The position numbers and the translations under genes were made by a program. The notes beneath the pieces are model-generated. The model was not told the origin of the DNA and did not search any database. It saw only the letters and a program-made list of their open reading frames with translations. Source: Candidatus Versatilivorator sp. (lineage in GTDB: Bacteria > Acidobacteriota > Terriglobia > Versatilivoradales > Versatilivoraceae). Taken from it: DNA of 64,000 nucleotides. The stretch lies in the NCBI GenBank assembly GCA_965207735.1, contig OZ242296.1, positions 1,216,001-1,280,000 of the forward strand, in the 5' to 3' direction. Positions 9,290 to 19,129 of this stretch are shown one piece after another; positions within the stretch are counted from its first letter, which is position 1, and each line of letters starts with the position of its first letter.

Positions 9290-11071
9290 ATGGCAACTCC
9301 CCAACCCCTGGCAAATCTCCGACAGTTTCTGCAACTCCTGCGGCGAGAGAACCAGCTTGCGACCATCGAGGTCGAAGTGGACCCCTATCTGGAAGCCGCC
9401 GAGATCCATCGGCGAGTGATCCGGCAAGGCGGTCCCGCCCTGCTGTTCAAGCGCATCCGGGGAAGCCGGTTTCCGGTGGTCACCAATCTGTTCGGCACAG
9501 CGCGGCGCATTGAGCTGGCTTTTGGCAGGGGGCCCCAGCAGTTGGTCCAACAGGTGGCCACTTTGGCCCAGACCCTGCTGCCGCCCCGCCTGGGGCGTCT
9601 GTGGGGCCACCGCAACCTGGCCTGGGAGGCCCTCAAGCTGGGTACTCGCAAGGTCCCGCGGGGACCGGTGCTGGAATCCAGCCAGCAGCCCGCGGACCTC
9701 TCCCGCTTACCGATTCTGACCACCTGGGAAGACGACGGCGGTCCATTTGTTACACTGCCCCTGGTCTATACCCAGCACCCCGGCAATGGAAGTCACAACC
9801 TCGGAATTTATCGCCTCCAGGTCTACGACAACCGATCCACCGGAATGCACTGGCAGATCCAGAAGGGAGGAGGTTTTCACTACGACCTGGCCGAGTCCTC
9901 CAACGAAGCCCTGCCGGTCACGGTCTTCCTTGGGGGGCCTCCGTCGCTGATCCTGGCCGCAATCGCCCCCCTTCCCGAGAACGTCGGAGAACTGATGGTG
10001 GCTTCCTTGCTGGGAGGCCACCGCATCCCCATGGTTCACCCGGCGGGCAGCCCGCACCCATTTCCCGCGGAGGCGGAGTTTGTGCTGCAGGGGACCGTCC
10101 CGCCACGACAGCGACGCAGGGAGGGTCCCTTCGGCGACCACTACGGCTATTACTCGCCGGCGCACGACTACCCCGTTTTCCAGGTGGAGCGACTGCGGCA
10201 CCGGAGCGACGCCGTTTACCCTGCAACCGTGGTAGGCAAGCCACGGCAGGAGGACTTCTTCATCGGGGACTATCTGCAGGAGCTGCTCAGTCCCCTTTTT
10301 CCCCTGGTCATGCCCGGAGTGCGGGACCTATGGAGTTACGGGGAGACAGGCTTTCATTCCCTGGCCGCGGCCGTCGTGCACGAACGCTACGGTCGGGAAG
10401 CCATGAGCTCCGCATTCAGGATCCTGGGGGAAGGTCAGCTCTCCCTGACCAAAATCCTGATGGCGACCGACACGCCTATGAACCTGAGGGACTTCCCCGC
10501 CCTGCTGCAACACGTCCTGGAGCGCATCGAGTGGGAGACCGACTTCTTCATCCTCTCCAACCTTTCCATGGACACGCTGGACAGTTGCGGACCGCAGATC
10601 AACCAGGGCAGCAAGGCCATCTTGTTGGGAATGGGAGCCCCGAAGCGCGATCTACCCCGGCAGTATCAGGGCGAGGTTCCCGCCGGGGTGGGAGAAGTCG
10701 CCGCCTTTTGCCCGGGATGCCTGGTGATTGGCGGTTCCAGCTTCTCGGAGGAACCTGGCCAACCGGAACGCCTTGTCCAATGGCCCGACTTTCAACCCTG
10801 GCCCCTGCTGATCCTGACCGACGACCCCTCCATAGCCGGAGATTCCTCTCGCTTCCTGTGGTCGGTCTTCACCCGCTTCGAGCCGGCTGCCGACGTCCAT
10901 GCGGCTCAGACCACCGTCCGCCGTCATCATCTCTGTTACCAAGCCCCCATCCTGGTAGACGCCAGAATGAAGCCCGCCTATCCCCCGGAGGTCGCCTCCT
11001 CGCCCGAAGTGGAAAAAACGGTAGACCGGCGCTGGAGGGAGTACTTTCCGAAAGCGCCCCTTCGTGGATAA
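9290..11071 (+). CDS. ubiD: UbiD family (prFMN) decarboxylase, possibly of the menaquinone pathway
   Basis: NLGIYRLQ, EGPFGDHYGYY and VVGKPRQED motifs. Confidence 0.9.
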   Translation: MATPQPLANLRQFLQLLRRENQLATIEVEVDPYLEAAEIHRRVIRQGGPALLFKRIRGSRFPVVTNLFGTARRIELAFGRGPQQLVQQVATLAQTLLPPRLGRLWGHRNLAWEALKLGTRKVPRGPVLESSQQPADLSRLPILTTWEDDGGPFVTLPLVYTQHPGNGSHNLGIYRLQVYDNRSTGMHWQIQKGGGFHYDLAESSNEALPVTVFLGGPPSLILAAIAPLPENVGELMVASLLGGHRIPMVHPAGSPHPFPAEAEFVLQGTVPPRQRRREGPFGDHYGYYSPAHDYPVFQVERLRHRSDAVYPATVVGKPRQEDFFIGDYLQELLSPLFPLVMPGVRDLWSYGETGFHSLAAAVVHERYGREAMSSAFRILGEGQLSLTKILMATDTPMNLRDFPALLQHVLERIEWETDFFILSNLSMDTLDSCGPQINQGSKAILLGMGAPKRDLPRQYQGEVPAGVGEVAAFCPGCLVIGGSSFSEEPGQPERLVQWPDFQPWPLLILTDDPSIAGDSSRFLWSVFTRFEPAADVHAAQTTVRRHHLCYQAPILVDARMKPAYPPEVASSPEVEKTVDRRWREYFPKAPLRG

Positions 11072-11239
11072 CTCTTTTCCCGTTCGGTCAAGTCATCTAA
11101 ACTATCGGACATCGACCGCAGGGGGGAGCTGCCGGACACTAACCCGCGCCGGCCGAGTGGCTGCAACTCCTGTTTCAGCCCGATTGGCTGACCCGGCACC
11201 CCGGCCCCGCCTCTCCGGCACGGCGATGAAAGGGATGAA

Positions 11240-12328
11240 ATGGCCTTATTCCAGAAAAATGGCGGTGTCAATCCGAAACAGGTGCTTCAAACCCTCAAGA
11301 GTATCCGGGACCCCGACCTGCAGGAAGACATCGTCGGACTGAATTTCGTGAAGGATCTCACCATCAAGGGCTCCAGGGTCGCCTTCACCATCGAGTTGGC
11401 CAATCCTGCCTGCCCGGTCAAGGACCGGATCAAGGCCGAAGCCGAACGCCTGGTCGGCTCGCTCGAGGGAGTCCGCTCGGTCTCCGTGGAGATGAGCTTC
11501 AAGGTGACTCGCCGGCAGGATTCCCAAAGCCGAACCCTGATACCGGGCGTAAGCAACACCATTGCCGTGGCCAGCGGTAAAGGCGGGGTGGGGAAATCCA
11601 CCGTCGCGGCCAATCTGGCTGCCGCGCTGATGGAATGCGGAGCCCGGGTTGGATTGATGGATGCCGATGTCTACGGCCCCAGCCTCCCCACCCTGATGGG
11701 TTCCTCGCACACGCCTCAAGTGGTCGGGAACCGAATCGTCCCTCCGGTGGTTCACAAGGTCAAGATGATTTCCATGGGCTATTTCCTGCCCAAGAATGAG
11801 GCGGTCATCTGGAGAGGCCCCATGTTGCACAAGATGATCCATCAGTTTCTGGGAGAGGTGGAATGGGGGGATCTGGACTACCTGGTGATCGACCTGCCGC
11901 CCGGCACCGGGGACATTCAGCTCAGTCTGTGTCAGACCATTCCCCTGACGGGCGCCGTCATCGTCTCCACCCCTCAGGACCTTGCCCTCAAAGTGGCCTC
12001 CAAGGCGATCGCCATGTTCAGGAAGCTCAATACGCCCATCCTGGGGGTGGTCGAGAACATGAGCCATTACACCTGCGCCCACTGCGGGCAACGGGACGAT
12101 ATCTTCGGTCACGGAGGCGCCAGCAAGGCCAGCCGGGAGATGGGCCTTCCTTTCCTGGGTGAGATTCCCTTGAGCAGTGAGATCCGGCTTGCCAGTGACA
12201 GCGGCGAACCCACGGTATTGGGTCGCAGCTCCTGCTGTGAAGCCTTCCAGGCCATTGCCGGTGCGGTGGCCGCCCGGGTCAGCATCGCCAACCATGCCGC
12301 CGTCCAGGCCCCGACCATCGAGGTCTGA
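11240..12328 (+). CDS. apbC: Mrp/NBP35 Fe-S carrier ATPase with N-terminal DUF59
   Basis: ASGKGGVGKST, DLPPGTGD, ENMS and CxxC motifs. Confidence 0.93.
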   Translation: MALFQKNGGVNPKQVLQTLKSIRDPDLQEDIVGLNFVKDLTIKGSRVAFTIELANPACPVKDRIKAEAERLVGSLEGVRSVSVEMSFKVTRRQDSQSRTLIPGVSNTIAVASGKGGVGKSTVAANLAAALMECGARVGLMDADVYGPSLPTLMGSSHTPQVVGNRIVPPVVHKVKMISMGYFLPKNEAVIWRGPMLHKMIHQFLGEVEWGDLDYLVIDLPPGTGDIQLSLCQTIPLTGAVIVSTPQDLALKVASKAIAMFRKLNTPILGVVENMSHYTCAHCGQRDDIFGHGGASKASREMGLPFLGEIPLSSEIRLASDSGEPTVLGRSSCCEAFQAIAGAVAARVSIANHAAVQAPTIEV

Positions 12329-12330
12329 CG

Positions 12331-12654
12331 GTGGTTCCTGTTTCCATCAAACTCTCGGCGCCCGGCGGTGTGGCCGTCAGGTGGAGCGACGGGCACGCCG
12401 CCACTTACTCCTACGCCTACCTGCGCCGGCGATGCCCCTGCGCCATCTGCCGCGACACCCCCCCCGTGGTCAAGACCGAGCCCGACCCCTTTCCGATTCT
12501 CGGCAAAGGCCCGATCGCGGCCACGGGAGCCACCGCCATCGGCCACTATGCCATCCAGTTCGACTGGAATGACGGACATACCGATGGCATCTACTCCTAC
12601 TCCTATTTGCGGGAGATCTGCCCCTGCGAAGACTGCCGGAGCGGTAAGACCTGA
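12331..12654 (+). CDS. DUF971 (GBBH-like N-terminal) protein
   Basis: WSDGH, LRRRCPCAIC and DGHTDGIYS motifs. Confidence 0.88.
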   Translation: MVPVSIKLSAPGGVAVRWSDGHAATYSYAYLRRRCPCAICRDTPPVVKTEPDPFPILGKGPIAATGATAIGHYAIQFDWNDGHTDGIYSYSYLREICPCEDCRSGKT

Positions 12655-12795
12655 CTCCAATTTCGTCCTGCCCGGGTTCACTCGTTCACCGTATCGGGCC
12701 GCAGGTCAGACCCTCCAGCCGACGGAATGCTTTCGAGCATCGCCTACAGGCTGACGGACCCGGGGTATCTCGGAATCAAAAGGGTGGGTTTCGCT

Positions 12796-13227
12796 TCAGG
12801 CTGAATCGGTGGCCACTCCGATGACCTTGAAAGCAACGTTTCGGTGGCCTCGCTTGACGCGATAGACAAAAAAGTCTTTGCGGTCAATGGTGAAGACCGT
12901 TCGAAGGTTATGATTTTCAGCCATGCTGACCAGTGAGGCGTCGGCAAGATCCATGGGAACATCCGAGTACCGTGCCATGAGCTCAAAAACTCGCAGAAGA
13001 CTTCGCGTGTCCAGGAACAAAACGACCAGCCCGCCCGCAGCCACAAAATCCATAAGGCCTTCGGTTGCAACGCTGTTCGGTTGCAACAGATGAAAGGCCT
13101 CGGTTAAGACCGGCACGGTGGTGGCGATAGGCTCACTAATGGACTTCAGCACCTCGACACAGCTGCCATGGGCGCTGTCAACGGGATCGAACAGTGCTAC
13201 CAACGGACCGGTGTCGACCAAAATCAT
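12796..13227 (-). CDS. vapC: PIN-domain toxin
   Basis: MILVDTGPLVAL, VLTEAFHLL, MDLADASLV and TIDRKDF motifs. Confidence 0.9.
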   Translation of the reverse strand: MILVDTGPLVALFDPVDSAHGSCVEVLKSISEPIATTVPVLTEAFHLLQPNSVATEGLMDFVAAGGLVVLFLDTRSLLRVFELMARYSDVPMDLADASLVSMAENHNLRTVFTIDRKDFFVYRVKRGHRNVAFKVIGVATDSA

Positions 13228-13484
13228 CGTTGGTGTTTCTTCCTGATTGCCGAGGCAATGGCCGCTTTAGCGTGTCTGGCCTCTGAAAGTGCATGTCCTC
13301 CTCGCCCCAGGTCGAGCCGGCGAAAGATTTCGTAGGGCGTCAGGGACACCTCGTCTCGGGTAGAGGCCGCGTATGCCTCGATGCCACGCTTGAGAACTTC
13401 TGAGATCGACAGGCCCGTGCGCTCCCGCAGTGCCTGCAAGGTCGATTCAGCAGCTTGGTCGAGTCTCACTGTTCGGGTGCCCAT
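13224..13484 (-). CDS. Ribbon-helix-helix antitoxin
   Basis: TRTVRLD...SISEVLKRGI; 4-bp overlap with the PIN gene. Confidence 0.85.
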   Translation of the reverse strand: MGTRTVRLDQAAESTLQALRERTGLSISEVLKRGIEAYAASTRDEVSLTPYEIFRRLDLGRGGHALSEARHAKAAIASAIRKKHQR

Positions 13485-13829
13485 GGATAATCATCCCAAG
13501 GAATGTAATACGTACCTTAATACACCCCGAGTTGGAAATCAACCCGCACCCGGCTGGATTGCAAGCTCTCCCCATTTTTGAGAGGGTGTGACTGTGCCAA
13601 TGGCTTCGCCTGATCCTGGCCACCAGCGTAGTCCTCGGGACCTGCTTCTCCCTGCAGAGAGTTTCTCCATTTTGGGAAAATCCGACCCCTTCCAAATGTC
13701 GAATTGACTTAACCACTTGTTTTCAATGACTTGAGACGATTAACGGTCGTTTGGGGGGGAAGCTGCTGCAGGGGACCGAAGGGGAGGACGGAGATACAGT
13801 GAGGTGCCGTAGCGGTTCCGCACTTCCCC

Positions 13830-15272
13830 TCAGGCGAAAGCCTCTTCGATCACTTCGCCACCGTTGATGGTGGCTCGCTCCGACCTGCCGTTGTGAAGGT
13901 AGGTCAATTTGAGGTGGTTCAAGCCCAGCAAATGCAGCATGGTGGCGTGAATGTCATGGACATGGCAGGGTCGCTCGGCCGCCCGCAGCCCAATTTCGTC
14001 TGTGCTTCCGATCACCTTTCCGCCCTTGATTCCGGCGCCGGCCATCCAGACGGTAAATCCCCACGGGTTGTGGTCTCGACCTTCTCCCCTTTCGTTGAAG
14101 GGAGTCCGTCCGAACTCCCCTCCCCACACCACCAGCGTATCCTCGAGCAAGCCGCGAGCCTTCAGGTCGGCCAACAATCCTGCAATGGGCTTGTCCGTCG
14201 ACCTGGTCATCTTCGAGTGGTTACCTTCCAGGTCTTCGTGGGCATCCCAACCTTGACCGCTGCCCGAGTAACACTGAACAAATCGCACACCCCTCTCGAC
14301 CAATCGACGGGCCAGGAGGCAGTTTCGGCCAAAGGTCGCTGTCATTTCATCGTCCAGACCGTATAGTTTTCTGGTTGCCTCGGATTCCCGACTCAAATCG
14401 ATGGCCTCAGGGGCTGACGATTGCATCCGGTAGGCCAACTCGTAAGAATTCAAACGGGCCTCCAGTTCAGTGTCCTCAGCCTTGTCGGCTGCATAGAACC
14501 TGTTGAGGGCCGCCAGGTAGTCCAGCTTGCTGCGCTGCTGTCTGTCCGTGATCCCTTCAGGAGTCTTCAGGTGGAAAATGGGTGCCCCCTCCTTACGGAA
14601 TAAAGTGCCTTGGTAGGCAGCCGGCAGAAACCCGGAACTCCAATTCTTGGGGCCCCCAACCACCTGTTTTACCTCCCTGAGTATCACAAAGACCGGGAGG
14701 TTCTGGTTGGCGCTGCCCAGACCATAGGTGGCCCAGGCACCCAACGAGGGCCGACCGGCCAAGATCGAACCCGTATTCATTTGACAGAGCGCTCCCACGT
14801 GGTTGATCCCCTCTGCGTAGCAGGACCGGAATACCGCCATTTCGTCGACGTGCCGAGCCACCTGGGGGTACCAATCAGACACCCAGATACCGCTTTCCCC
14901 GTGTTGCTTCCAGCTGCGCTTGGAGGGCATCAAGGTGTTGTTTGCCGTACCCTTATTGGCTGTGAAGGGACGAACAAAAGACTCGGGCATTGGTTGTCCC
15001 GCCAGCCTGTCCAACTCCGGTTTCGGATCAAAAAGGTCGACGTGGCTCGGTCCCCCTTCCATGAATAGCCAAATGACCGATTGAGCCTTGGCGGGGTGGT
15101 GGGGCTGTTTGGCAGCCAGCAATCCATTGCCGCCGTCCGCTGCCGTTTGGGCAAAGAAGCCCTCCTTGTCGAGAAGATAAGTCAGGGCGACGGAACCGAA
15201 ACCGCTCCCCGCCCGGCGCAGAAAATCACGGCGGGAGGCCAAAGAAAGAATGTGAGGTTCCCTTTCAACCAT
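13830..15272 (-). CDS. DUF1501 family protein (Tat signal)
   Basis: SRRDFL twin-arginine signal; FMEGGPSHVDLFDPKP and WGGEFGRTP motifs; AGGAG upstream of ATG 15272. Confidence 0.92.
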   Translation of the reverse strand: MVEREPHILSLASRRDFLRRAGSGFGSVALTYLLDKEGFFAQTAADGGNGLLAAKQPHHPAKAQSVIWLFMEGGPSHVDLFDPKPELDRLAGQPMPESFVRPFTANKGTANNTLMPSKRSWKQHGESGIWVSDWYPQVARHVDEMAVFRSCYAEGINHVGALCQMNTGSILAGRPSLGAWATYGLGSANQNLPVFVILREVKQVVGGPKNWSSGFLPAAYQGTLFRKEGAPIFHLKTPEGITDRQQRSKLDYLAALNRFYAADKAEDTELEARLNSYELAYRMQSSAPEAIDLSRESEATRKLYGLDDEMTATFGRNCLLARRLVERGVRFVQCYSGSGQGWDAHEDLEGNHSKMTRSTDKPIAGLLADLKARGLLEDTLVVWGGEFGRTPFNERGEGRDHNPWGFTVWMAGAGIKGGKVIGSTDEIGLRAAERPCHVHDIHATMLHLLGLNHLKLTYLHNGRSERATINGGEVIEEAFA

Positions 15273-15325
15273 TCTCAACTCCTGAGACAGGACACCAGCC
15301 ACCCCCAGGCGTGTGTTCGCTCCCG

Positions 15326-17611
15326 CTAGTTCCGATACGTAAACTCGTTTGAATTGATGATCATGTGGCAAAGATCGACCAATGCCGCCGCCTCTACCGG
15401 ATCGACGTTGTAGGGGCGCATCAAGGGCAGCACCAGCTTTTCCCCCTCTGCGGCATGCTCTGCGATAACCCCACGATGGCGACGCAGGAAATCCAGGGCC
15501 GCGACCTTCTCTTCGCCCGTCGGTTGCCGTGAATAGGCCAGGCGATAAGCCATATCGATTTGGGCATCAGGGTCAAGACCCGCCGAGAAAAGCACCCGCC
15601 CTGCAAACCCTCGAGCCCATTCGAGCACCACCTCACTGTTCAGCAAGGTGAGCGCTTGCAGCGGGCTGGTCGTAATGTCCCGGCGCGGACAACTTTCGTG
15701 AGTATCCGGCAGGTCAAAATTTTCAAACATCGGATAGCGTGTGTTACGGCGTATGAATACATAGAGGCTGCGGCGATTTCGCTCCGCCGGGCTTTCCGTC
15801 GTTTCCCAGCTGGCTTTCATGCCGGGGGGAATCGGGGGAAAAACACTGGGTCCACCCATTTCCGGATTCAACAACCCGGAAACCGCCAGTGCCGCGTCGC
15901 GGATGATCTCCCCTTCCAGGCGCTGCCTGGGAAAACGCCACAACAGTGTGTTTTCCGGGTCGATTGTTGCTGCAGGCTCACGATAGAGGGAAGCCTGTCG
16001 ATAGGTGTTCGAGTTAAGGATGAGCCGGTGCAGGCGCTTGATGCTCCAGTTGTTTCGGATGAACTCCGTGGCCAGCCAGTCCAGTAACCGCGGGTGGCTG
16101 GGCAACCCGCCTGAAAGACCCAGATTGCTGGGTGTATCGACGATTCCCTGACCGAAGTGGTAATGCCAGATCCGGTTCACCATGACGCGAGCCGTCAAAG
16201 GATTGTCCGGATCGGCGATCCAGTTGGCCAATGCCGTACGCCGGCCCGTAGACTCCATCCCTTCCGGCGCCACAATCTTGGCCGGGCCGGGATCGAAGAG
16301 CGTGGGAAAACCGGGTTCTACCTCTTCCCCGGTTGCATCATAGGCACCCCCTGAGAGGACGAACGTTCGGGGCGCCTCGCGGCCCGCGTCCCCAATGCCT
16401 ATACCGATCGGCAACTCGCCTGGGTGCAAGTCCGAAAATTTGTCGAGGGTTGACTTGAGTTCCTTCCAGCGTTTCTTCTCTTCATCCTTCAGTTGGTTGA
16501 CCACAGCCTGGGTCGGTGCGTGATAGAGATAGGATCCCGGGTCCAAAAAGGCTTGCACCTTGTAATACATCAACCACTGAAAGGGTGTACGCTTCTCGGA
16601 CGGGCTTAAGATCGCCTCCTTGATTGCCTCCGGATATCTTGCAATCAATTCGTCGAGGATCTCTTGGCGCTTCGGTTCCTCAAGGGCCGCCATTTCCCGG
16701 CGGATCGGTGCTGTCTTTTCCTCCCACGCGGCTAGTTGACGGCGATGCCGATCGGCAGCTTCCCGGGAGGCAAGCACGATATCGTCCCTGGCGCGGACAT
16801 TGGCAAAAAAGGCCTGCAGCCGGTAGTAGTCCGCCTGTAAGAGTGGATCGAATTTATGGTCGTGACAGCGCGCGCACTCATAGGTGAGTCCCAAGAAAAC
16901 CCCGCCCACCACAGAGGTGATGTCATGAAGTATTTCCTGTCTCCTCTGCACCAGGTTGCGGGCGTTGTGTTCATCAGGATAGAGACGGTTGAATGCCGTG
17001 GCCAAACTGGCATCGGGATCGTTCGACCAAAGCTCGTCACCGGCGATCTGCTCACGCACGAAGCGGTCATAGGGCTTGTCGCTGTTGAATGATCGAATCA
17101 GGTATTCCCGGTAACGCCATGCATTGGGGCGAGTTTGATCGGATTTGAAACCCTCGCTGTCGGCATAGCGAGCCAGATCAAGCCAGTGACGGGTCCACCG
17201 TTCTCCGTAATGATGGGACACCAGGAGCCGGTCGACCACCTTCCCAAACGCCTTGGAGGATTGGTCTGCCAGAAAAGCATCGACGTCTTCCGGCGTGGGA
17301 GGCAAGCCAATCAGATCAAAATAAGCACGGCGGAGAAGGGTCACCTGGTCCGCCGGCGGGGACGGATTCAAGCCCTTGGCTTCCAGCTTGGCCAGCACGA
17401 AGGCATCGATTGGAGTTCGAACCCATTCAGAATGGCGAACTGCCGGCACTTCCGGACGCTGAACTTTCTGAAAAGCCCAGTGTTTACGCTGATGTGGACT
17501 GAAAGGCTCGTGCGGCGCTTTCCCTGACGAAGCGGCATTCGACACCAGCAGGGAAAGTAGACACACCAATAATGCCAAAGGCCGAAAAGCAACCTTTTTC
17601 TGCGGCTTCAC
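15326..17611 (-). CDS. DUF1549/DUF1553 (PSCyt2/PSD1) cytochrome-c-type protein
   Basis: HWLDLARYADS, CARCHDHKFDP (CxxCH) and NPLTARVMVNRIWHYHFG motifs; paired with DUF1501. Confidence 0.92.
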   Translation of the reverse strand: MKPQKKVAFRPLALLVCLLSLLVSNAASSGKAPHEPFSPHQRKHWAFQKVQRPEVPAVRHSEWVRTPIDAFVLAKLEAKGLNPSPPADQVTLLRRAYFDLIGLPPTPEDVDAFLADQSSKAFGKVVDRLLVSHHYGERWTRHWLDLARYADSEGFKSDQTRPNAWRYREYLIRSFNSDKPYDRFVREQIAGDELWSNDPDASLATAFNRLYPDEHNARNLVQRRQEILHDITSVVGGVFLGLTYECARCHDHKFDPLLQADYYRLQAFFANVRARDDIVLASREAADRHRRQLAAWEEKTAPIRREMAALEEPKRQEILDELIARYPEAIKEAILSPSEKRTPFQWLMYYKVQAFLDPGSYLYHAPTQAVVNQLKDEEKKRWKELKSTLDKFSDLHPGELPIGIGIGDAGREAPRTFVLSGGAYDATGEEVEPGFPTLFDPGPAKIVAPEGMESTGRRTALANWIADPDNPLTARVMVNRIWHYHFGQGIVDTPSNLGLSGGLPSHPRLLDWLATEFIRNNWSIKRLHRLILNSNTYRQASLYREPAATIDPENTLLWRFPRQRLEGEIIRDAALAVSGLLNPEMGGPSVFPPIPPGMKASWETTESPAERNRRSLYVFIRRNTRYPMFENFDLPDTHESCPRRDITTSPLQALTLLNSEVVLEWARGFAGRVLFSAGLDPDAQIDMAYRLAYSRQPTGEEKVAALDFLRRHRGVIAEHAAEGEKLVLPLMRPYNVDPVEAAALVDLCHMIINSNEFTYRN

Positions 17612-17733
17612 CCGACAATCCTCACCAACCTGGGAGTCGAGATCCTGTGATCTCTTCAATGAATGACCCAAACCTACCATCGCCCCCACCGTGTGTCAAC
17701 GACACCTCCGTCAAAGAGTCGTCCCATTGGCCC

Positions 17734-19035
17734 TCAACCAGCCATTCGGTTCAGTCTGGCAACGGTCTCCAGGTGATGGCTTTGGGGAAACAGGTCGATG
17801 ATCTCCAGGGATTCCACCGCATAGCCCCGACCCAGAAAAATCGCCAGATCTCTGGCCAGGGTGGAGGGATCGCAGGAAACATAGACAACCTGGTGAGCCT
17901 TGAGGTCGGCGACCTTCCCGACGGTGGTCTTGGGGATTCCGCTTCGGGGCGGGTCCAGCAGCACCAGGTCGATCCCCTCCAGATCCCGGCGGCGATCCCG
18001 CAGAAAAGTGTCCAGGTCCCTGTGCAATATACGGCAGTTGCGGCGACCGTTGGCCCGGGCGTTCGATTCCATATCCAGGATGGCGGCGGCGTTCTGATCC
18101 ACTGCCCAGACCAGCTCGAACTGCATCGACAGCGGCAGCGTGAAGAATCCGACCCCGCAGAAGAGATCCAGGGCGCGAGATCCTTCCAGACCCTGCGTCG
18201 CCCGTTGGCTCAAGGACTCCAGCATGAAATCGTTTACCTGAAAGAAGGATCCTCGGCTCACTCGGAAAGTCCACTCTCCCACCCTCTTGTGGACAAAGCC
18301 GGGCCCCGTCACCCGAAGTGTGCGCTTCTGCGACCGGGAAAGGTAGAGGCTCACCCGCCGGCTTCCCCAATCGAAATCACCGGCCGGCAGATCCCGTTTG
18401 AGGATCGAGAGGCTTTCGGCGCCCGGTTTCACCTTCAGGTCAATCAAGGATTCCTCTCCATCTCCCTGGAAGATTTCCACCTCGGTCAGGCAGGCCACCG
18501 TCATGGGAGAGCGCTCCAGGAAGGCTTGCAGATCGGGAAGGATAGCCCAGAGAGCGTCCGCGGCGATGCCGCACCGGTCGACTTCGACCACCCGGTGGGA
18601 GGCCCGCTGGAAAAATCCCCAGGAAACTTTCCCATTTCGCGCCAACACCTTCAATTGCAAGCGATTCCGGTAGGCTGAGCCAAGCGAGGAGTTCCGTAGG
18701 ATCTCGCTTGGGGGACTGCCAATCCGACCCACACGCCGCAGAGCGTCCGCCAGAATTTCCGCCTTGCTGTCGAGTTGCCTGCGGGCGTTCATCTGCTGGA
18801 AATCACACCCCCCGCATCGTCCGAAAAAAGGGCAAGGCGGCGGCTGCCGATCGGGCGAGGCCTCAACCAGCTCCCAGTCTAGAACCTCGAGATAGCTACC
18901 ACGGTCGACCGACTGCTTGACCCGGACACGATCGCCGGGGACGACCAGCGGGAGAAAGACAGCCCTCTTGTCCAGGAAGGCAATTCCCTTGCCTCCCGGA
19001 ATCATGCGCTCGACCGTCACCTGAAAGGTCTTCAT
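17734..19035 (-). CDS. rlmD: 23S rRNA m5U methyltransferase (RlmD/TrmA family)
   Basis: TRAM domain; CPFFGRCGGC; SFFQVN, LDPPRSG, YVSCDP and DLFPQSHHLE motifs. Confidence 0.9.
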   Translation of the reverse strand: MKTFQVTVERMIPGGKGIAFLDKRAVFLPLVVPGDRVRVKQSVDRGSYLEVLDWELVEASPDRQPPPCPFFGRCGGCDFQQMNARRQLDSKAEILADALRRVGRIGSPPSEILRNSSLGSAYRNRLQLKVLARNGKVSWGFFQRASHRVVEVDRCGIAADALWAILPDLQAFLERSPMTVACLTEVEIFQGDGEESLIDLKVKPGAESLSILKRDLPAGDFDWGSRRVSLYLSRSQKRTLRVTGPGFVHKRVGEWTFRVSRGSFFQVNDFMLESLSQRATQGLEGSRALDLFCGVGFFTLPLSMQFELVWAVDQNAAAILDMESNARANGRRNCRILHRDLDTFLRDRRRDLEGIDLVLLDPPRSGIPKTTVGKVADLKAHQVVYVSCDPSTLARDLAIFLGRGYAVESLEIIDLFPQSHHLETVARLNRMAG

Positions 19036-19129
19036 GGCTTCGGGAGAATCCCCGGGAATGCGTTACCGGGTGAGGGATGGATGTCGCCCCGGGTGTTGGC
19101 CGGCCGCTGGCGGCCAAGCCTCGGACCGG

